Counted from the first letter of the stretch, positions 1-10,341 are shown. The stretch: 64,000 bases of DNA from a virus (IMGVR_UViG_3300035180_001680), one strand, 5' to 3'. The notes: a model not told the origin generated them from the letters alone. Made by a program: numbers and translations.

Positions 1-3000
1 TTTGATGGTTCTACGTGGAATTTGGTGAACACGTCTGACACCACATCATTCATATTGAAATCTGGCGGAACAATGACTGGTTATCTTGTGTTGAATGATG
101 ACCCAACAACGAATCTACAAGCAGCAACTAAACACTATGTTGATAACTCTGTTGCATCGTATGCACCATTGACAGGAACAGGGACTTCAGGAACTTGGGG
201 TATTAGTATTACAGGAAATGCAGCTACTGTCACTACTAACGCCAATTTAACAGGAGTAGTTACATCAGTAGGAAACGCAACGTCTATCGGTGCTGGTGCA
301 ATTTCAAATACAATGTTAGCAAATTCTGCGGTTGCAAATTTGAGTGGTACTAATACAGGTGACCAAACAATTTCTATTTCAGGTGACGTTACAGCTTCTG
401 GGAGTACTGGAGTCTTAACAGCAACAGTAACAAAAATAAATGGGACGGATTTATCTGGATTGACAACCGGATTATTAAAAAATACTACAGGAACTGGTGT
501 TCCGTCTATTGCAGTTGCTGGGACAGATTATTTATTACCAACGGGGAGTGCTGCATCATTAACAAACTTCCCAACATTAAACCAAAATACAACTGGAAAT
601 GCCGCCACAGCTTCTGCTGTTCCATTCAGTGGAATAACAAGCAAACCCACAACATTATCGGGTTACGGAATAACGGATGGACAGCCTCTAGACGGAGACT
701 TAACTTCAATTGCTGGACTTGCTGGAACAAGTGGTCTTTTAAAGAAAACTGCCGCAAATACATGGGCGCTTGACACAAACACATATTTAACTTCCTCAAC
801 GGGTGTAACGTCAGTTGCAGGAACGGCTGGTAATATTACAGCAAGTGCATCTACAGGAGCCGTTACACTCAACCTTGCAACTATTACAGATTCTGGTCTT
901 GGTTCTTTCAAGAAGATAAACACAGATGGGTTTGGACGAGTAACAGGAACAACAACAGTAACTTCTTCTGATATAACAACAACTCTTGGATATACTCCTG
1001 CGAATAAAGTTGGAGATTCTATCACAGGTAATTTTGTTTTTGATGGAGTTCATACGGTAACAGGGCTTCCTTCTCCTACAGGTGGAACAGATGCTGCAAA
1101 TAAAAATTACGTTGATGCGGCAACTAACGGTCTCACATGGAAATCTGCTGTTCGAGTAGCATCGACTACAAATATAAACCTTACCACAGGAGGACTCATT
1201 GCGGTAGATGGTGTTACAACCGTTGCAGGTGACAGAGTTCTCGTTAAAGATCAAACATTACCAAAAGAAAACGGAATTTATATCGCTGGAACGGGTGCAT
1301 GGACACGTGCTTCAGATATGAATTTAGCCAGTGAATTTGATGGTTCTGCAGTCTTTGTAAAAGAAGGAACATTATATCAAAGTTCTGGTTGGACAGAAAC
1401 AGCAACTGTGGTAACTGTAGGAACTGATACAGTTACATTTTCAGAGTTTACTGGTGGGGCTTTGTATACTTGGGGAGTAGGTTTAGCAAATACAGGAAAT
1501 ACAGTTAATATTCAATTGGGTGCAGGTATTGCTGAACTCCCAACAGACGAGGTTGGTATTGACGTATATTCTGGTGGCGGATTAATGCTAACAGTTGATG
1601 GAACAACATCTTCTACATCAACAGCAGCCCAAGTTTCATTAACTAAAGTTGGAACTTCTGGCACATACACGAGTGTTTCGACAGATTCATACGGTCGTGT
1701 TACAAGTGGAAGTAATCCAGCTACTGTTAATTCATTTAATACGAGAACTGGTTCTGTAACATTAACGAGTGGTGATGTTACATCTGCTCTGGGATCTACA
1801 ACGGCTAATTATTTCCTTGCAACACCAAACGGTTCGACAGGAACTCCATCATTACGTGCAATAGTTGCAGCAGATATTCCAACATTAAACCAAAACACAA
1901 CTGGAAATGCGGGAACAGCAACAATATTGCAAACTGGAAGAACGATTGCTCTTTCAGGTGCAGCTACAGGAACAGCTACTTCTTTTGATGGTAGTGCAAA
2001 CATCACCATCCCAGTCACCTCACTGAATGCAGCAAACTTATCTGGGACTATTCCTTCCGCAGTATTGGGAGCAAGTACAACTTATGTTGGAACAACAGCT
2101 GTTGCATTAAACAGAGCAAGTGCAGCTTTGGCATTAACTGGCATCACTGGAGTTTCGAGTACAGGCGCTTTGACGTTAAGTTCTACCACCACAAACGCTG
2201 TTACATTGGATTCTGGAACAACAGGTGCTGTTAATATTGGTAATAACGCAAACGCCAAAACCATCACTGTTGGTAACGTGACTGGTGCAACTGGTGTTGT
2301 TGTGAATAGTGGTACAGCTGGTGTGCTGTTCAATCAAGTACCAACTGGAACATTCGCTATAACGGCCACTGCTGCACCAACTACAGACATGACGCAGGTT
2401 ACTGCTGCGGGAGTGGTAACTGCAGGTGTAAATGCATTGTCAGTGACGTATTCGGGTGGTGCTGCAGCAGTTGAGGCAAGTGCTGCGCGGCTCAACCTGA
2501 CACCAGGCACAACATCCGGTGGTACTTGGTCAGCAATGAGGGTAACACCCTCGAGTGCTGCTGCTGCTGCTGGTGTTACAATGAACGGCGTGAAGTTTGA
2601 TTCAGTAACTGCCGGCGCAGGTACTGACAACATGATTTATGCGGGTACCGGGTGGGACAACATCATAAGTTATAACGGTACAAGTGTTGTGAACGGGTCC
2701 GGACAGCTGAATGCGGCCCAATTAACAGGTACTGTTCCTAGTGCTACTATTAGTGGGGCATACTCTGGCATTACTACTCTGGGTATTTCAGGACAATTAA
2801 CAAGTACCTTAGCAACCGGTACAGCTCCGTTCGCCGTGAGTAGCACAACCCCTGTAGACAACCTAAGTATAGGTGGTAATGCGGCAACGGCCTCGACAGC
2901 GAATGCGCTCAACACCGGCAACAACTACCAAATGAATAGTTTGGGTGTTGGAACAGCAGGTTCAGGCACGGCTGGTGAGATTCGTGCTACTAATAATGTG

Positions 3001-3327
3001 ACAGCTTATTATTCCTCGGATTCTCGTTTAAAGGAAAACATAAAACCAATCGAAAATGCTCTTGCTAAGGTCAAGTTAATTAACGGTGTTACGTATGATT
3101 GGACAGAAGATTTCATCGAGTCTCATGGAGGTGAAGACGGTTACTTTATTCGTAAACACGACGTTGGCGTAATCGCACAGGAAGTTGAGGCTGTGATGCC
3201 AGAAATTGTGGTCGATCGGGATGATGGTTACAAAGCGGTTAAATACGAGCGTATGGTTGCACTTCTCATTGAAGCGGTTAAAGAATTATCTGCTGAAATT
3301 GAAGTGTTAAAAGCAAAAGTCAATTAG
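1..3327 (+). CDS. Long tail fiber protein with C-terminal intramolecular chaperone (peptidase S74-like); 5'-truncated by the window
   Basis: Frame is open from base 1 (FDGSTWNLVN). Thr/Gly/Ala-rich, with DPTTNLQAATKHYVD and DAANKNYVD repeats. C-terminal SDSRLKENIKPI...GVIAQEV...VKYERMVALLIEAVKEL chaperone signature. Confidence 0.9.
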   Translation, partial: FDGSTWNLVNTSDTTSFILKSGGTMTGYLVLNDDPTTNLQAATKHYVDNSVASYAPLTGTGTSGTWGISITGNAATVTTNANLTGVVTSVGNATSIGAGAISNTMLANSAVANLSGTNTGDQTISISGDVTASGSTGVLTATVTKINGTDLSGLTTGLLKNTTGTGVPSIAVAGTDYLLPTGSAASLTNFPTLNQNTTGNAATASAVPFSGITSKPTTLSGYGITDGQPLDGDLTSIAGLAGTSGLLKKTAANTWALDTNTYLTSSTGVTSVAGTAGNITASASTGAVTLNLATITDSGLGSFKKINTDGFGRVTGTTTVTSSDITTTLGYTPANKVGDSITGNFVFDGVHTVTGLPSPTGGTDAANKNYVDAATNGLTWKSAVRVASTTNINLTTGGLIAVDGVTTVAGDRVLVKDQTLPKENGIYIAGTGAWTRASDMNLASEFDGSAVFVKEGTLYQSSGWTETATVVTVGTDTVTFSEFTGGALYTWGVGLANTGNTVNIQLGAGIAELPTDEVGIDVYSGGGLMLTVDGTTSSTSTAAQVSLTKVGTSGTYTSVSTDSYGRVTSGSNPATVNSFNTRTGSVTLTSGDVTSALGSTTANYFLATPNGSTGTPSLRAIVAADIPTLNQNTTGNAGTATILQTGRTIALSGAATGTATSFDGSANITIPVTSLNAANLSGTIPSAVLGASTTYVGTTAVALNRASAALALTGITGVSSTGALTLSSTTTNAVTLDSGTTGAVNIGNNANAKTITVGNVTGATGVVVNSGTAGVLFNQVPTGTFAITATAAPTTDMTQVTAAGVVTAGVNALSVTYSGGAAAVEASAARLNLTPGTTSGGTWSAMRVTPSSAAAAAGVTMNGVKFDSVTAGAGTDNMIYAGTGWDNIISYNGTSVVNGSGQLNAAQLTGTVPSATISGAYSGITTLGISGQLTSTLATGTAPFAVSSTTPVDNLSIGGNAATASTANALNTGNNYQMNSLGVGTAGSGTAGEIRATNNVTAYYSSDSRLKENIKPIENALAKVKLINGVTYDWTEDFIESHGGEDGYFIRKHDVGVIAQEVEAVMPEIVVDRDDGYKAVKYERMVALLIEAVKELSAEIEVLKAKVN

Positions 3328-3339
3328 GAGGATACAACG

Positions 3340-3858
3340 ATGGCAATTTATGCAAAGGTCGAAAATGGTGTAGCAACCGAATATCCCATATTTGAAGGAC
3401 AACTTGAACCGTTATTTGTGGACTTAAAATTTCCTTTGGATGATCCAAAAAACATAACAATTAACAATGGGACATTATGTCCTGCTGGTTATGTGGTTGT
3501 TCAGGTAAATCCTGTTGTAAATCCAGACCCGACAACGATCTATACGATGGGATTGCCTACTCTTGATCCAGTAGATGGAATATGGAAAGAGGCTTGGATT
3601 GCAACTCCCATGACAGCAGACCAAATCACTGCTGCCAAAACAGGAATTGCTTCACGGGTTCGTACAAAGCGTAACAAATTGTTAGCAGCTTCAGATGTAT
3701 ATGTTACATCTGACCGTTGGGCTATTATGTCATCTACCGACCAACAAATGTGGGCAACATTCCGACAAGCTTTACGTGACATACCAACACAAACCGATTT
3801 CCCTATTAGTGTAACATGGCCAATAGAACCTTCGGTATTCCAGGTCAACTCCTTCTAA
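3340..3858 (+). CDS. Tail fiber assembly chaperone-like protein
   Basis: RTKRNKLLAASD...WATFRQALRDIP...VTWP motif; directly follows the fiber gene. Confidence 0.8.
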   Translation: MAIYAKVENGVATEYPIFEGQLEPLFVDLKFPLDDPKNITINNGTLCPAGYVVVQVNPVVNPDPTTIYTMGLPTLDPVDGIWKEAWIATPMTADQITAAKTGIASRVRTKRNKLLAASDVYVTSDRWAIMSSTDQQMWATFRQALRDIPTQTDFPISVTWPIEPSVFQVNSF

Positions 3859-3871
3859 TAAGAGAGATGCT

Positions 3872-5395
3872 ATGACACTACAAACATCAGGTGCAATATC
3901 ACTAAGTGATATTCAAACAGAATTCGGGGGAGCTAATCCTATTGGACTGAATGAGTATTACGCTGGTGGTGGCTTAGTTCCATCGGGTACGACTGGAACT
4001 AATGGTGCAGTTCCTTCTAGTGGAGAAATTAACTTCTGGAACTTCTATGGGACGGCAGCAGCAGCAGCTGCTGCCACATATTGGATGTCTATGCTAACTA
4101 TTAACTCTGTTCAAACGGAAGACAACTATGGACAATCTATTGCCGTTGATGGGCATGGAAATGTATACATAACTGGATATGAAACAACACAGACTGCAGG
4201 TTATAACGATATCTTCATAGCTAAATACAATACAAGTGGGGTTATTCAGTGGCAAAGAAGATTAGGTGGAACGGACTATGATTATGGACAAGCTATTGCT
4301 GTTGATGGGTCTGGAAATGTCTATATTGCTGGATATGAAGCTTCACAGACTGCAGGTAATTACGATATCTTCATAGCTAAATACAGTACAAGTGGGGTTA
4401 TTCAGTGGCAAAGAAGATTAGGTGGAACGAGTACTGATGGTGGAGCTGGCATTGCTGTTGATGGGTCTGGAAATGTCTATATTGCTGGATATGAATATTC
4501 ACAGACTGCAGGTAATTACGATGTGTTTATAGCTAAATACAATACAAGTGGGGTTATTCAGTGGCAAAGAAGCTTAGGTGGAACGAGTACTGATTATGGA
4601 CAAGCTATTGCCGTTGATGGGTCTGGTAATGTCTATGTAACTGGATATGAAGTACAGACTGCAGGTAATTACGATGTGTTTATAGCTAAATACAATACAA
4701 GTGGGGTTATTCAGTGGCAAAGAAGATTAGGTGGAACGGGTGCTGATTATGGCACGAGCATTGCTGTTGATGGGTCTGGTAATGTCTATGTAACTGGATA
4801 TGAAACAACACAGACTGCAGGTAGTAACGATGTGTTTATAGCTAAATACAATACAAGTGGGGTTATTCAGTGGCAAAGAAGATTAGGTGGAACGAATAAT
4901 GACCGAGGATCGGGCATTGCCGTTGATGGATCTGGAAATGTCTATGTAACTGGATATGAATATTCACAGTCTGGTGGTGTTAATTACGATATCTTCGTAG
5001 CAAAGTATAACACAAGTGGGGTTATTCAGTGGCAAAGAAGAGTCTATAGTAGTACACATGACTTGTACGGTACGTCAATCGTAGTTAATGGAACCACATT
5101 TAGTGTGTGCGGCTACTATCAAAGTTCTCCTACACATGCATATGTGGCTGTTGGTTCAAATTCATTCATTGCAAGTCTACCGATAGATGGAACAAAAACA
5201 GGATCTAGTGTTACGTTTTCACAAGTATATGCAACACCAGTATTACAATATGCAGCTACTACATTAACGGATGCAGCTACTACATTAACGGATGCAGCTA
5301 CTACCTTAACGGATGCAGCTACTACCTTAACGGATGCAGCTACTACCTTAACGGATGCAGCTACTACCTACACTGCAGAAACACATACGATTTAA
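3872..5395 (+). CDS. Virion/tail-associated beta-propeller (SBBP-repeat) protein
   Basis: N-terminal MTLQTSGAISLSDIQTEFGG tail module; six IAVDGSGNVYxxG...IAKYNTSG.IQWQR repeats. Confidence 0.8.
   Translation: MTLQTSGAISLSDIQTEFGGANPIGLNEYYAGGGLVPSGTTGTNGAVPSSGEINFWNFYGTAAAAAAATYWMSMLTINSVQTEDNYGQSIAVDGHGNVYITGYETTQTAGYNDIFIAKYNTSGVIQWQRRLGGTDYDYGQAIAVDGSGNVYIAGYEASQTAGNYDIFIAKYSTSGVIQWQRRLGGTSTDGGAGIAVDGSGNVYIAGYEYSQTAGNYDVFIAKYNTSGVIQWQRSLGGTSTDYGQAIAVDGSGNVYVTGYEVQTAGNYDVFIAKYNTSGVIQWQRRLGGTGADYGTSIAVDGSGNVYVTGYETTQTAGSNDVFIAKYNTSGVIQWQRRLGGTNNDRGSGIAVDGSGNVYVTGYEYSQSGGVNYDIFVAKYNTSGVIQWQRRVYSSTHDLYGTSIVVNGTTFSVCGYYQSSPTHAYVAVGSNSFIASLPIDGTKTGSSVTFSQVYATPVLQYAATTLTDAATTLTDAATTLTDAATTLTDAATTLTDAATTYTAETHTI
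4127..5042 (+). repeat. Six near-identical ~156-bp coding repeats (one 153 bp)
   Basis: attgc(c/t)gttgat recurs at 4139, 4295, 4451, 4607, 4760 and 4916. Confidence 0.9.
5250..5369 (+). repeat. 21-bp tandem repeat, about 5.7 copies (encodes LTDAATT)
   Basis: Unit tgcagctactac(a/c)ttaacgga repeated head-to-tail. Confidence 0.95.
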
Positions 5396-5397
5396 TT

Positions 5398-5982
5398 ATG
5401 GAAACAGTTATACACGAAATACCTTGGAGGCATGCACTAACAGACAGCTTTTTAAGCAATAGTGAATATGATGTTGTTGTGGATTACGTAAAAACACTGC
5501 TATCTTTTTTGCCGGTGACTGAAGGATATAAAGAATTTTTAGATGACAGTTGTAATACCGAAATTAGCAATATCCTGTGTCCGAAAGTATATCAACTTAG
5601 AGATACCTTATTTGATACACTAAATTTCGGCGGGAAAGTTCTCCCTCAAGTTCAATACTCTAATTGTGAGTTGGTAATATCACCAGCGGGATACCGGTAT
5701 GGAACTATTCACGAAGAAGGGAAACGAAAATTGATGACTTCCGTATTGTATTTGTATCCTCAGGAAGGTGATGGTACAGAGATTTATAAAACTAACAACA
5801 AGGATTCATATTTTACAACAATTCCATGGAAACCAGACAGACTGTTGTCTTTTGTTGGTCAAAGGAATCCAGTGTACCAACGGACATGGCACGACTACGG
5901 TAATTCTAAATCATTTCATAGAGTTACTATCAATATGATATTGAGTGAAAATAATCATGGGAATAAAAGGACAAGGCAATGA
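5398..5982 (+). CDS. 2OG-Fe(II) oxygenase-like protein
   Basis: IHEEGKRKLMTSVLYLYP..GDGTEIY...WHDY...RVTIN resembles phage 2OG-Fe dioxygenases (HxE variant of HxD, distal His and Arg present). Confidence 0.65.
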   Translation: METVIHEIPWRHALTDSFLSNSEYDVVVDYVKTLLSFLPVTEGYKEFLDDSCNTEISNILCPKVYQLRDTLFDTLNFGGKVLPQVQYSNCELVISPAGYRYGTIHEEGKRKLMTSVLYLYPQEGDGTEIYKTNNKDSYFTTIPWKPDRLLSFVGQRNPVYQRTWHDYGNSKSFHRVTINMILSENNHGNKRTRQ

Positions 5983-6577
5983 CACTGCAGGCACCAAGTG
6001 CAGAAACCAACATGATTCTATGATGGAAGGTAACGTTCTAGGGTCAGGACCCTCCCGTAAATCATATATCCCAAACGATCTACCCTCTATTGGTTGTAAT
6101 TTTCCCTGGACACGCGTAAACTGGACAATAATATTTGATGAGCCGGTTATTGATAAGTTAGTGGAACAACCTAACTTGATTTCAATAGAAACAAAACTAA
6201 TTCTTCATTCGAGACTTGTTCCTCATCTAACAGTCAACCATTACACAAGTATGCTTCGACCAAGAATTGACTCTATATTCAGTTTTACAAGAATTGAAGA
6301 GAAACAGTATTACATTAGTTCTGGTCATTACGCAGCATTATGGATGATTAACAAAGGATTTAACAAACTTAATCTATATGGAATGGATAATTACTTCGGT
6401 GATTTAGTGTGTGGAGATAACTATACACACATTCAAGGAACACAACACTACCTACCTAATACGGTTAAGGATAAATACTCCGAACAACAGATATTAGCAA
6501 GAGGTCATCATTGGAAAGACGGATGGGACTTGATCCAAAAACAACATTCACACGTAGAGTTTAATTTTGTTAGATAA
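5945..6577 (+). CDS. MAF/GT29-like (sialyltransferase-fold) protein; true start may be downstream
   Basis: VLGSGPS, IGCN, SSGHYAA, GFNKLNLYGMD motifs. Confidence 0.5.
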   Translation: MKIIMGIKGQGNDTAGTKCRNQHDSMMEGNVLGSGPSRKSYIPNDLPSIGCNFPWTRVNWTIIFDEPVIDKLVEQPNLISIETKLILHSRLVPHLTVNHYTSMLRPRIDSIFSFTRIEEKQYYISSGHYAALWMINKGFNKLNLYGMDNYFGDLVCGDNYTHIQGTQHYLPNTVKDKYSEQQILARGHHWKDGWDLIQKQHSHVEFNFVR

Positions 6578-7271
6578 TCCTAAAACAATTATCGTGTCAT
6601 ATCCAAATGCAGGAAGAACTTGGCTCAAGCAAATGACGGATATGCTAGATACGGGTATTATGTATTCTCACCAAGGATCCCAACACCGTAACCAACTAAC
6701 TGCCAGCGAAATTATTCAGTTTCTTCAACAATACCCCGATCGATTTGTAGATAGCAAAATCATACTTCTACACCGTGATATTAAAGACCATCTGGTATCA
6801 AATTATTTTCAAACAATATATCGTGTTGGTATCAAACTTGCTTTGTCCGAATTTCTCCGTCATCCTTCTCACGGCGTTGAGAAATTAGTCCGTTTTAATT
6901 TGTTTTGGAAACAGTTTTCAGGAGCCGAAAAGATTGGAACGGTAAAGTATGATACAATGCGGTTGAATCCTTCAGAATACTTAGTTCAACTTATCCACTT
7001 TTTTGATATACCTATTGATGAAACTAGGATTCCTGAGGTAGTTGACTATTGTTCGTTTGAAAGAATGAAAGATAGAGAAACAAAGAGAGAAGGTTGGCAG
7101 TACTACTATCAGTACACTACACTTGATAATCCGGAATCATTCAAGTGTCGCAGGGGTAAAGTTGGAGGATACGTCGATTATTTATCACCAGAAGATATAC
7201 AATACTGTGATGCTATCACAGAACAATACAATTATACTGGACTGATGAATGACGATACCATTGGTAATTGA
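6567..7271 (+). CDS. Sulfotransferase domain protein
   Basis: PAPS-binding-like IVSYPNAGRTWL; HRDIKD..VS; SFERMK; RRGKVGGY. Confidence 0.85.
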   Translation: MLDNPKTIIVSYPNAGRTWLKQMTDMLDTGIMYSHQGSQHRNQLTASEIIQFLQQYPDRFVDSKIILLHRDIKDHLVSNYFQTIYRVGIKLALSEFLRHPSHGVEKLVRFNLFWKQFSGAEKIGTVKYDTMRLNPSEYLVQLIHFFDIPIDETRIPEVVDYCSFERMKDRETKREGWQYYYQYTTLDNPESFKCRRGKVGGYVDYLSPEDIQYCDAITEQYNYTGLMNDDTIGN

Positions 7272-8196
7272 AAGGGCAGTTGTTGAAATTAATGGCGGAT
7301 GTAACTATAAATGTCAGATGTGTCCTCAATCAATCGGACGAGAAAAACAATTCCTCAAAACGATCCCACTTACTGAGTTTGAGAGGGTCGTTGCAGAGTT
7401 GTCACAATATGGTCTCAAACTTGTCAATCTTGAAGGCTCAGGTGAACCAACACTACAAAATAACCTTGATGAATATATCAAGGTAGTTACAAAATACGGG
7501 GCTAAACCATTTATATACACTAATGGGTTCCGGATGAAAGGTGATTTGATGAAACGGTGTGTTGATGCCGGACTCGCATTTTGTCGGTTCTCTGTTATTG
7601 GATACAGTAGAGAGAAATACCGTGAATGGATGAAGGCAGATAACTTTGAAATAATCGTTGAGAACGCTGGGGCAATGAATGAATATGCTCAGGGTTCTAC
7701 AACAGTCGCTTCATATCATCTCATCCTAGGGTCCGATACCGATTATGAAATTGACCAATATGTAACAAACTTCATAACTCCTGCACGGACCCAGGCAGAG
7801 ATATGGAAAATGCACAATTGGTCTGGAGTCTATGACAATCCAACTAAGCGTATGGGCAACAGAAAAACTTGTGGCAGGCCCTTTGCTCCTGAAATAACAA
7901 TCCGTGCCGGCGGCCCTAATAAACTATCAGTTGCACCATGTTGCCAGACACTCGGTCAAGACACCATCGCGGTTCTTGGAAATCTAACAACTCAAACTGT
8001 TGAACAAATATGGAATGGTCAACCATACGAACAACTTAGACAAGCACATAGTGAAAAAATGTTTGATAGTATTCCCTATTGCAGTAAGTGTGACTTTCTG
8101 TATGATGACCAATCTGTTCTCGTTTATTCAAACACAAATACTAAATTATTCACTATGAACGGAACCACATTCTCTCTTGATGACTTCAGAAACTAA
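7249..8196 (+). CDS. Radical SAM protein with SPASM/twitch domain
   Basis: CNYKCQMC (CxxxCxxC), GSGEP, C-terminal CGRP...PCC...CSKC. Confidence 0.9.
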   Translation: MTIPLVIERAVVEINGGCNYKCQMCPQSIGREKQFLKTIPLTEFERVVAELSQYGLKLVNLEGSGEPTLQNNLDEYIKVVTKYGAKPFIYTNGFRMKGDLMKRCVDAGLAFCRFSVIGYSREKYREWMKADNFEIIVENAGAMNEYAQGSTTVASYHLILGSDTDYEIDQYVTNFITPARTQAEIWKMHNWSGVYDNPTKRMGNRKTCGRPFAPEITIRAGGPNKLSVAPCCQTLGQDTIAVLGNLTTQTVEQIWNGQPYEQLRQAHSEKMFDSIPYCSKCDFLYDDQSVLVYSNTNTKLFTMNGTTFSLDDFRN

Positions 8197-8228
8197 AAGA
8201 TTTGGTGTATTCCTTAAACTCTTCTTGT

Positions 8229-9251
8229 TCACCCAACAAAGTGTTCGACGATAAACCAATGGTCTTCAAACATGTTTTCACCCTGCAATGCTCCCAAGGG
8301 AACCCACATTGCTTTTTCAGCGTCATCATCACCCTTAACCTTTGGTAGTGGACCTGGTGGTAATTCTATGAAAAAAGCATGAGAAATAGTTCTACCTCGC
8401 AAACTTCGGTTAGGGTCATCAAACACTTTCATACCTTTAATGTTTCCCCGAAGTACAGGTATTGGAACTTTAATTTTTGTTTCTTCACGTAGTTCTCTCA
8501 ACATTGCATCTTCTAAACGTTCGTTTTGGTTAATGAACCCACCCGGAAGTGCCAACAAACCTTTTCCTGGAGATGAACGACGTTTAATCAACAAAACGTG
8601 TCCTGACTGAACAACGACAGCATCTGTGGTAACGAATGTCGGAGGATATGGAGCTGGTAACCAAGCTTTGTGATATTTTTTGATATATTCGTAGTCTTCC
8701 GAAAGTATAGTAAATTCAGGTGTTGACTTAAATAATTCAAGTTTTGCATAAACTGGCTCGGGAACGAGTGCTTGAAGGAATTTAAGATTTTTGCCCTCAA
8801 AGTAAAGTTCACGAAGATCAGTTGCATTAACATCTTCGTTTAATTCATGTTCCACTGGACTCCACTGTGGGAACATCTTAAGGTAATACGAACTTTCGTC
8901 TTTATCATATCCGATGATTGCAATCTTTGGACGGTCTAACCAAAACTCTCCAAGCATAGCCTCACTAACAGCTTCTTGGACTGCAGTAGTCCACTTTTGG
9001 TCGCTTGGTTGGTCGTTGACTTTGGTAATTTTGATTCGGTCTAAATTTCCACCAAAATCCTGACTTATAATCATTGCTGCACGCTCTGAAGCAGTCCAAG
9101 GATTTTTTGGAGTTCGAGACGAATTTGCGCTACCAATAATAACAATTAGTTTGGTAGCAATTGACAAAGCTGTTTCAAATACTTGTTTGTGTCCAATGTG
9201 GAATGGTTGAAACCGTCCAATAAACACAGCATAATCGTACTGTTTTTGCAT
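8229..9251 (-). CDS. nadM: Bifunctional NMN adenylyltransferase / ADP-ribose pyrophosphatase (NadM-Nudix)
   Basis: FIGRFQPFHIGH, GSAN...KNPW, NATDLR, Nudix box ALPGGF...LRELREET. Start set at the ATG after the AAAGGAG RBS. Confidence 0.95.
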   Translation of the reverse strand: MQKQYDYAVFIGRFQPFHIGHKQVFETALSIATKLIVIIGSANSSRTPKNPWTASERAAMIISQDFGGNLDRIKITKVNDQPSDQKWTTAVQEAVSEAMLGEFWLDRPKIAIIGYDKDESSYYLKMFPQWSPVEHELNEDVNATDLRELYFEGKNLKFLQALVPEPVYAKLELFKSTPEFTILSEDYEYIKKYHKAWLPAPYPPTFVTTDAVVVQSGHVLLIKRRSSPGKGLLALPGGFINQNERLEDAMLRELREETKIKVPIPVLRGNIKGMKVFDDPNRSLRGRTISHAFFIELPPGPLPKVKGDDDAEKAMWVPLGALQGENMFEDHWFIVEHFVG

Positions 9252-9301
9252 AGAAAACTCCTTTCTATATGTTGAGCATCTCTGTCTTTCAGAGATGTTT
9301 A

Positions 9302-9309
9302 TATTTATA
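9302..9309 (-). promoter_or_regulatory. T4-like late promoter TATAAATA upstream of nadM
   Basis: Exact TATAAATA on the minus strand about 50 nt upstream of the start; function inferred. Confidence 0.45.
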
Positions 9310-9374
9310 CAACAGTTTACTGTTGACGTCAACTAATTTTACTATATACTAAAGATTAATTTAAAGAAGACGAT

Positions 9375-9911
9375 ATGTTATCGTATAAAGAGAATAAAAA
9401 ACTTACTGTTATAAATTTGTTTGGGGGTCCTTGTACAGGGAAGAGTGCAACTGCAATGTCTCTTTCAGCAAAGATGAAAATTGAAGGTTATTTGGTTGAT
9501 TATGTCCCGGAAGTCGCAAAAGACATGACTTGGGAACGAAGACATCATATGTTAACAGAGCAAGATTACATTTTTGCAAAACAACACACACGAATTCGTC
9601 GGTTGGTTGGACAGGTGGACTACGCTGTGTGTGATAGTCCTATTATACTTGGCTTAATGTATGCTCCAGATGATTTTCCAGCATCATTCAAACCATTTGT
9701 GTTAGATACATTTAGTTCATATAATAATATTAATATCTTATTACGTAGAACAGTTCAATATGATCCAGTTGGAAGGAATCAAACTTTAGAAGAAGCAGTT
9801 GAGATAGATAGAGATGTTGAGCATTTTTTACTCATTAATAACATACCTTTTTCTGTTTTGGATGTAGACGAACAGATAATTAATAACATTGAATCACTTT
9901 TGTTTGAATAA
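9375..9911 (+). CDS. NadR-like AAA/P-loop kinase (AAA_28-like)
   Basis: INLFGGPCTGKS, YVPEVAK, CDSPIIL, YDPVGRNQT motifs. Confidence 0.75.
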   Translation: MLSYKENKKLTVINLFGGPCTGKSATAMSLSAKMKIEGYLVDYVPEVAKDMTWERRHHMLTEQDYIFAKQHTRIRRLVGQVDYAVCDSPIILGLMYAPDDFPASFKPFVLDTFSSYNNINILLRRTVQYDPVGRNQTLEEAVEIDRDVEHFLLINNIPFSVLDVDEQIINNIESLLFE

Positions 9912-9936
9912 ATACTCCATAACCTGGAGAATAAAA

Positions 9937-10341
9937 ATGACATTTACCAAAGAAAACTTTTCTGCACAACATATATATCACCCTGGAAATAATCCTTTGT
10001 GGTGGCCGATATGGGCGATATTTGGAAATGATAATGATGGGTGGTATGGTGATTCAGATTGGAATCCAACAAGAAATACATCTTTTATGACAGCAGTTAA
10101 ATGGTGGTTTAGAAATCCTTTTCATAACTTGGTGTTTGCAGTTGTCGGCTGGTGTTGGGTTGATAGAACGTGGTATAAATGGACAGTTGGAAATTGGACC
10201 TTTGCATTAACTAAGTATGGAAAGTTGCCTCCTATCTTTCCATTCGTTGGTTATGAAAAATTGGGATTTATTAAGGGATATATTGGTTGGCGGGGTGGAG
10301 CCTTTGGGTTAAAGCTTCGAAAGAATTCCGGACAGACGTAA
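9937..10341 (+). CDS. Hypothetical Trp-rich protein
   Basis: ORF with GGAGA RBS. Confidence 0.6.
   Translation: MTFTKENFSAQHIYHPGNNPLWWPIWAIFGNDNDGWYGDSDWNPTRNTSFMTAVKWWFRNPFHNLVFAVVGWCWVDRTWYKWTVGNWTFALTKYGKLPPIFPFVGYEKLGFIKGYIGWRGGAFGLKLRKNSGQT

Noticed and set aside
4127-5042. CRISPR or DGR template/variable repeats
   Set aside because: These are coding propeller repeats; there is no reverse transcriptase and the differences are not adenine-specific.
5250-5369. CRISPR array
   Set aside because: The repeats are contiguous with no spacers and lie in frame in a CDS; no cas genes are present.
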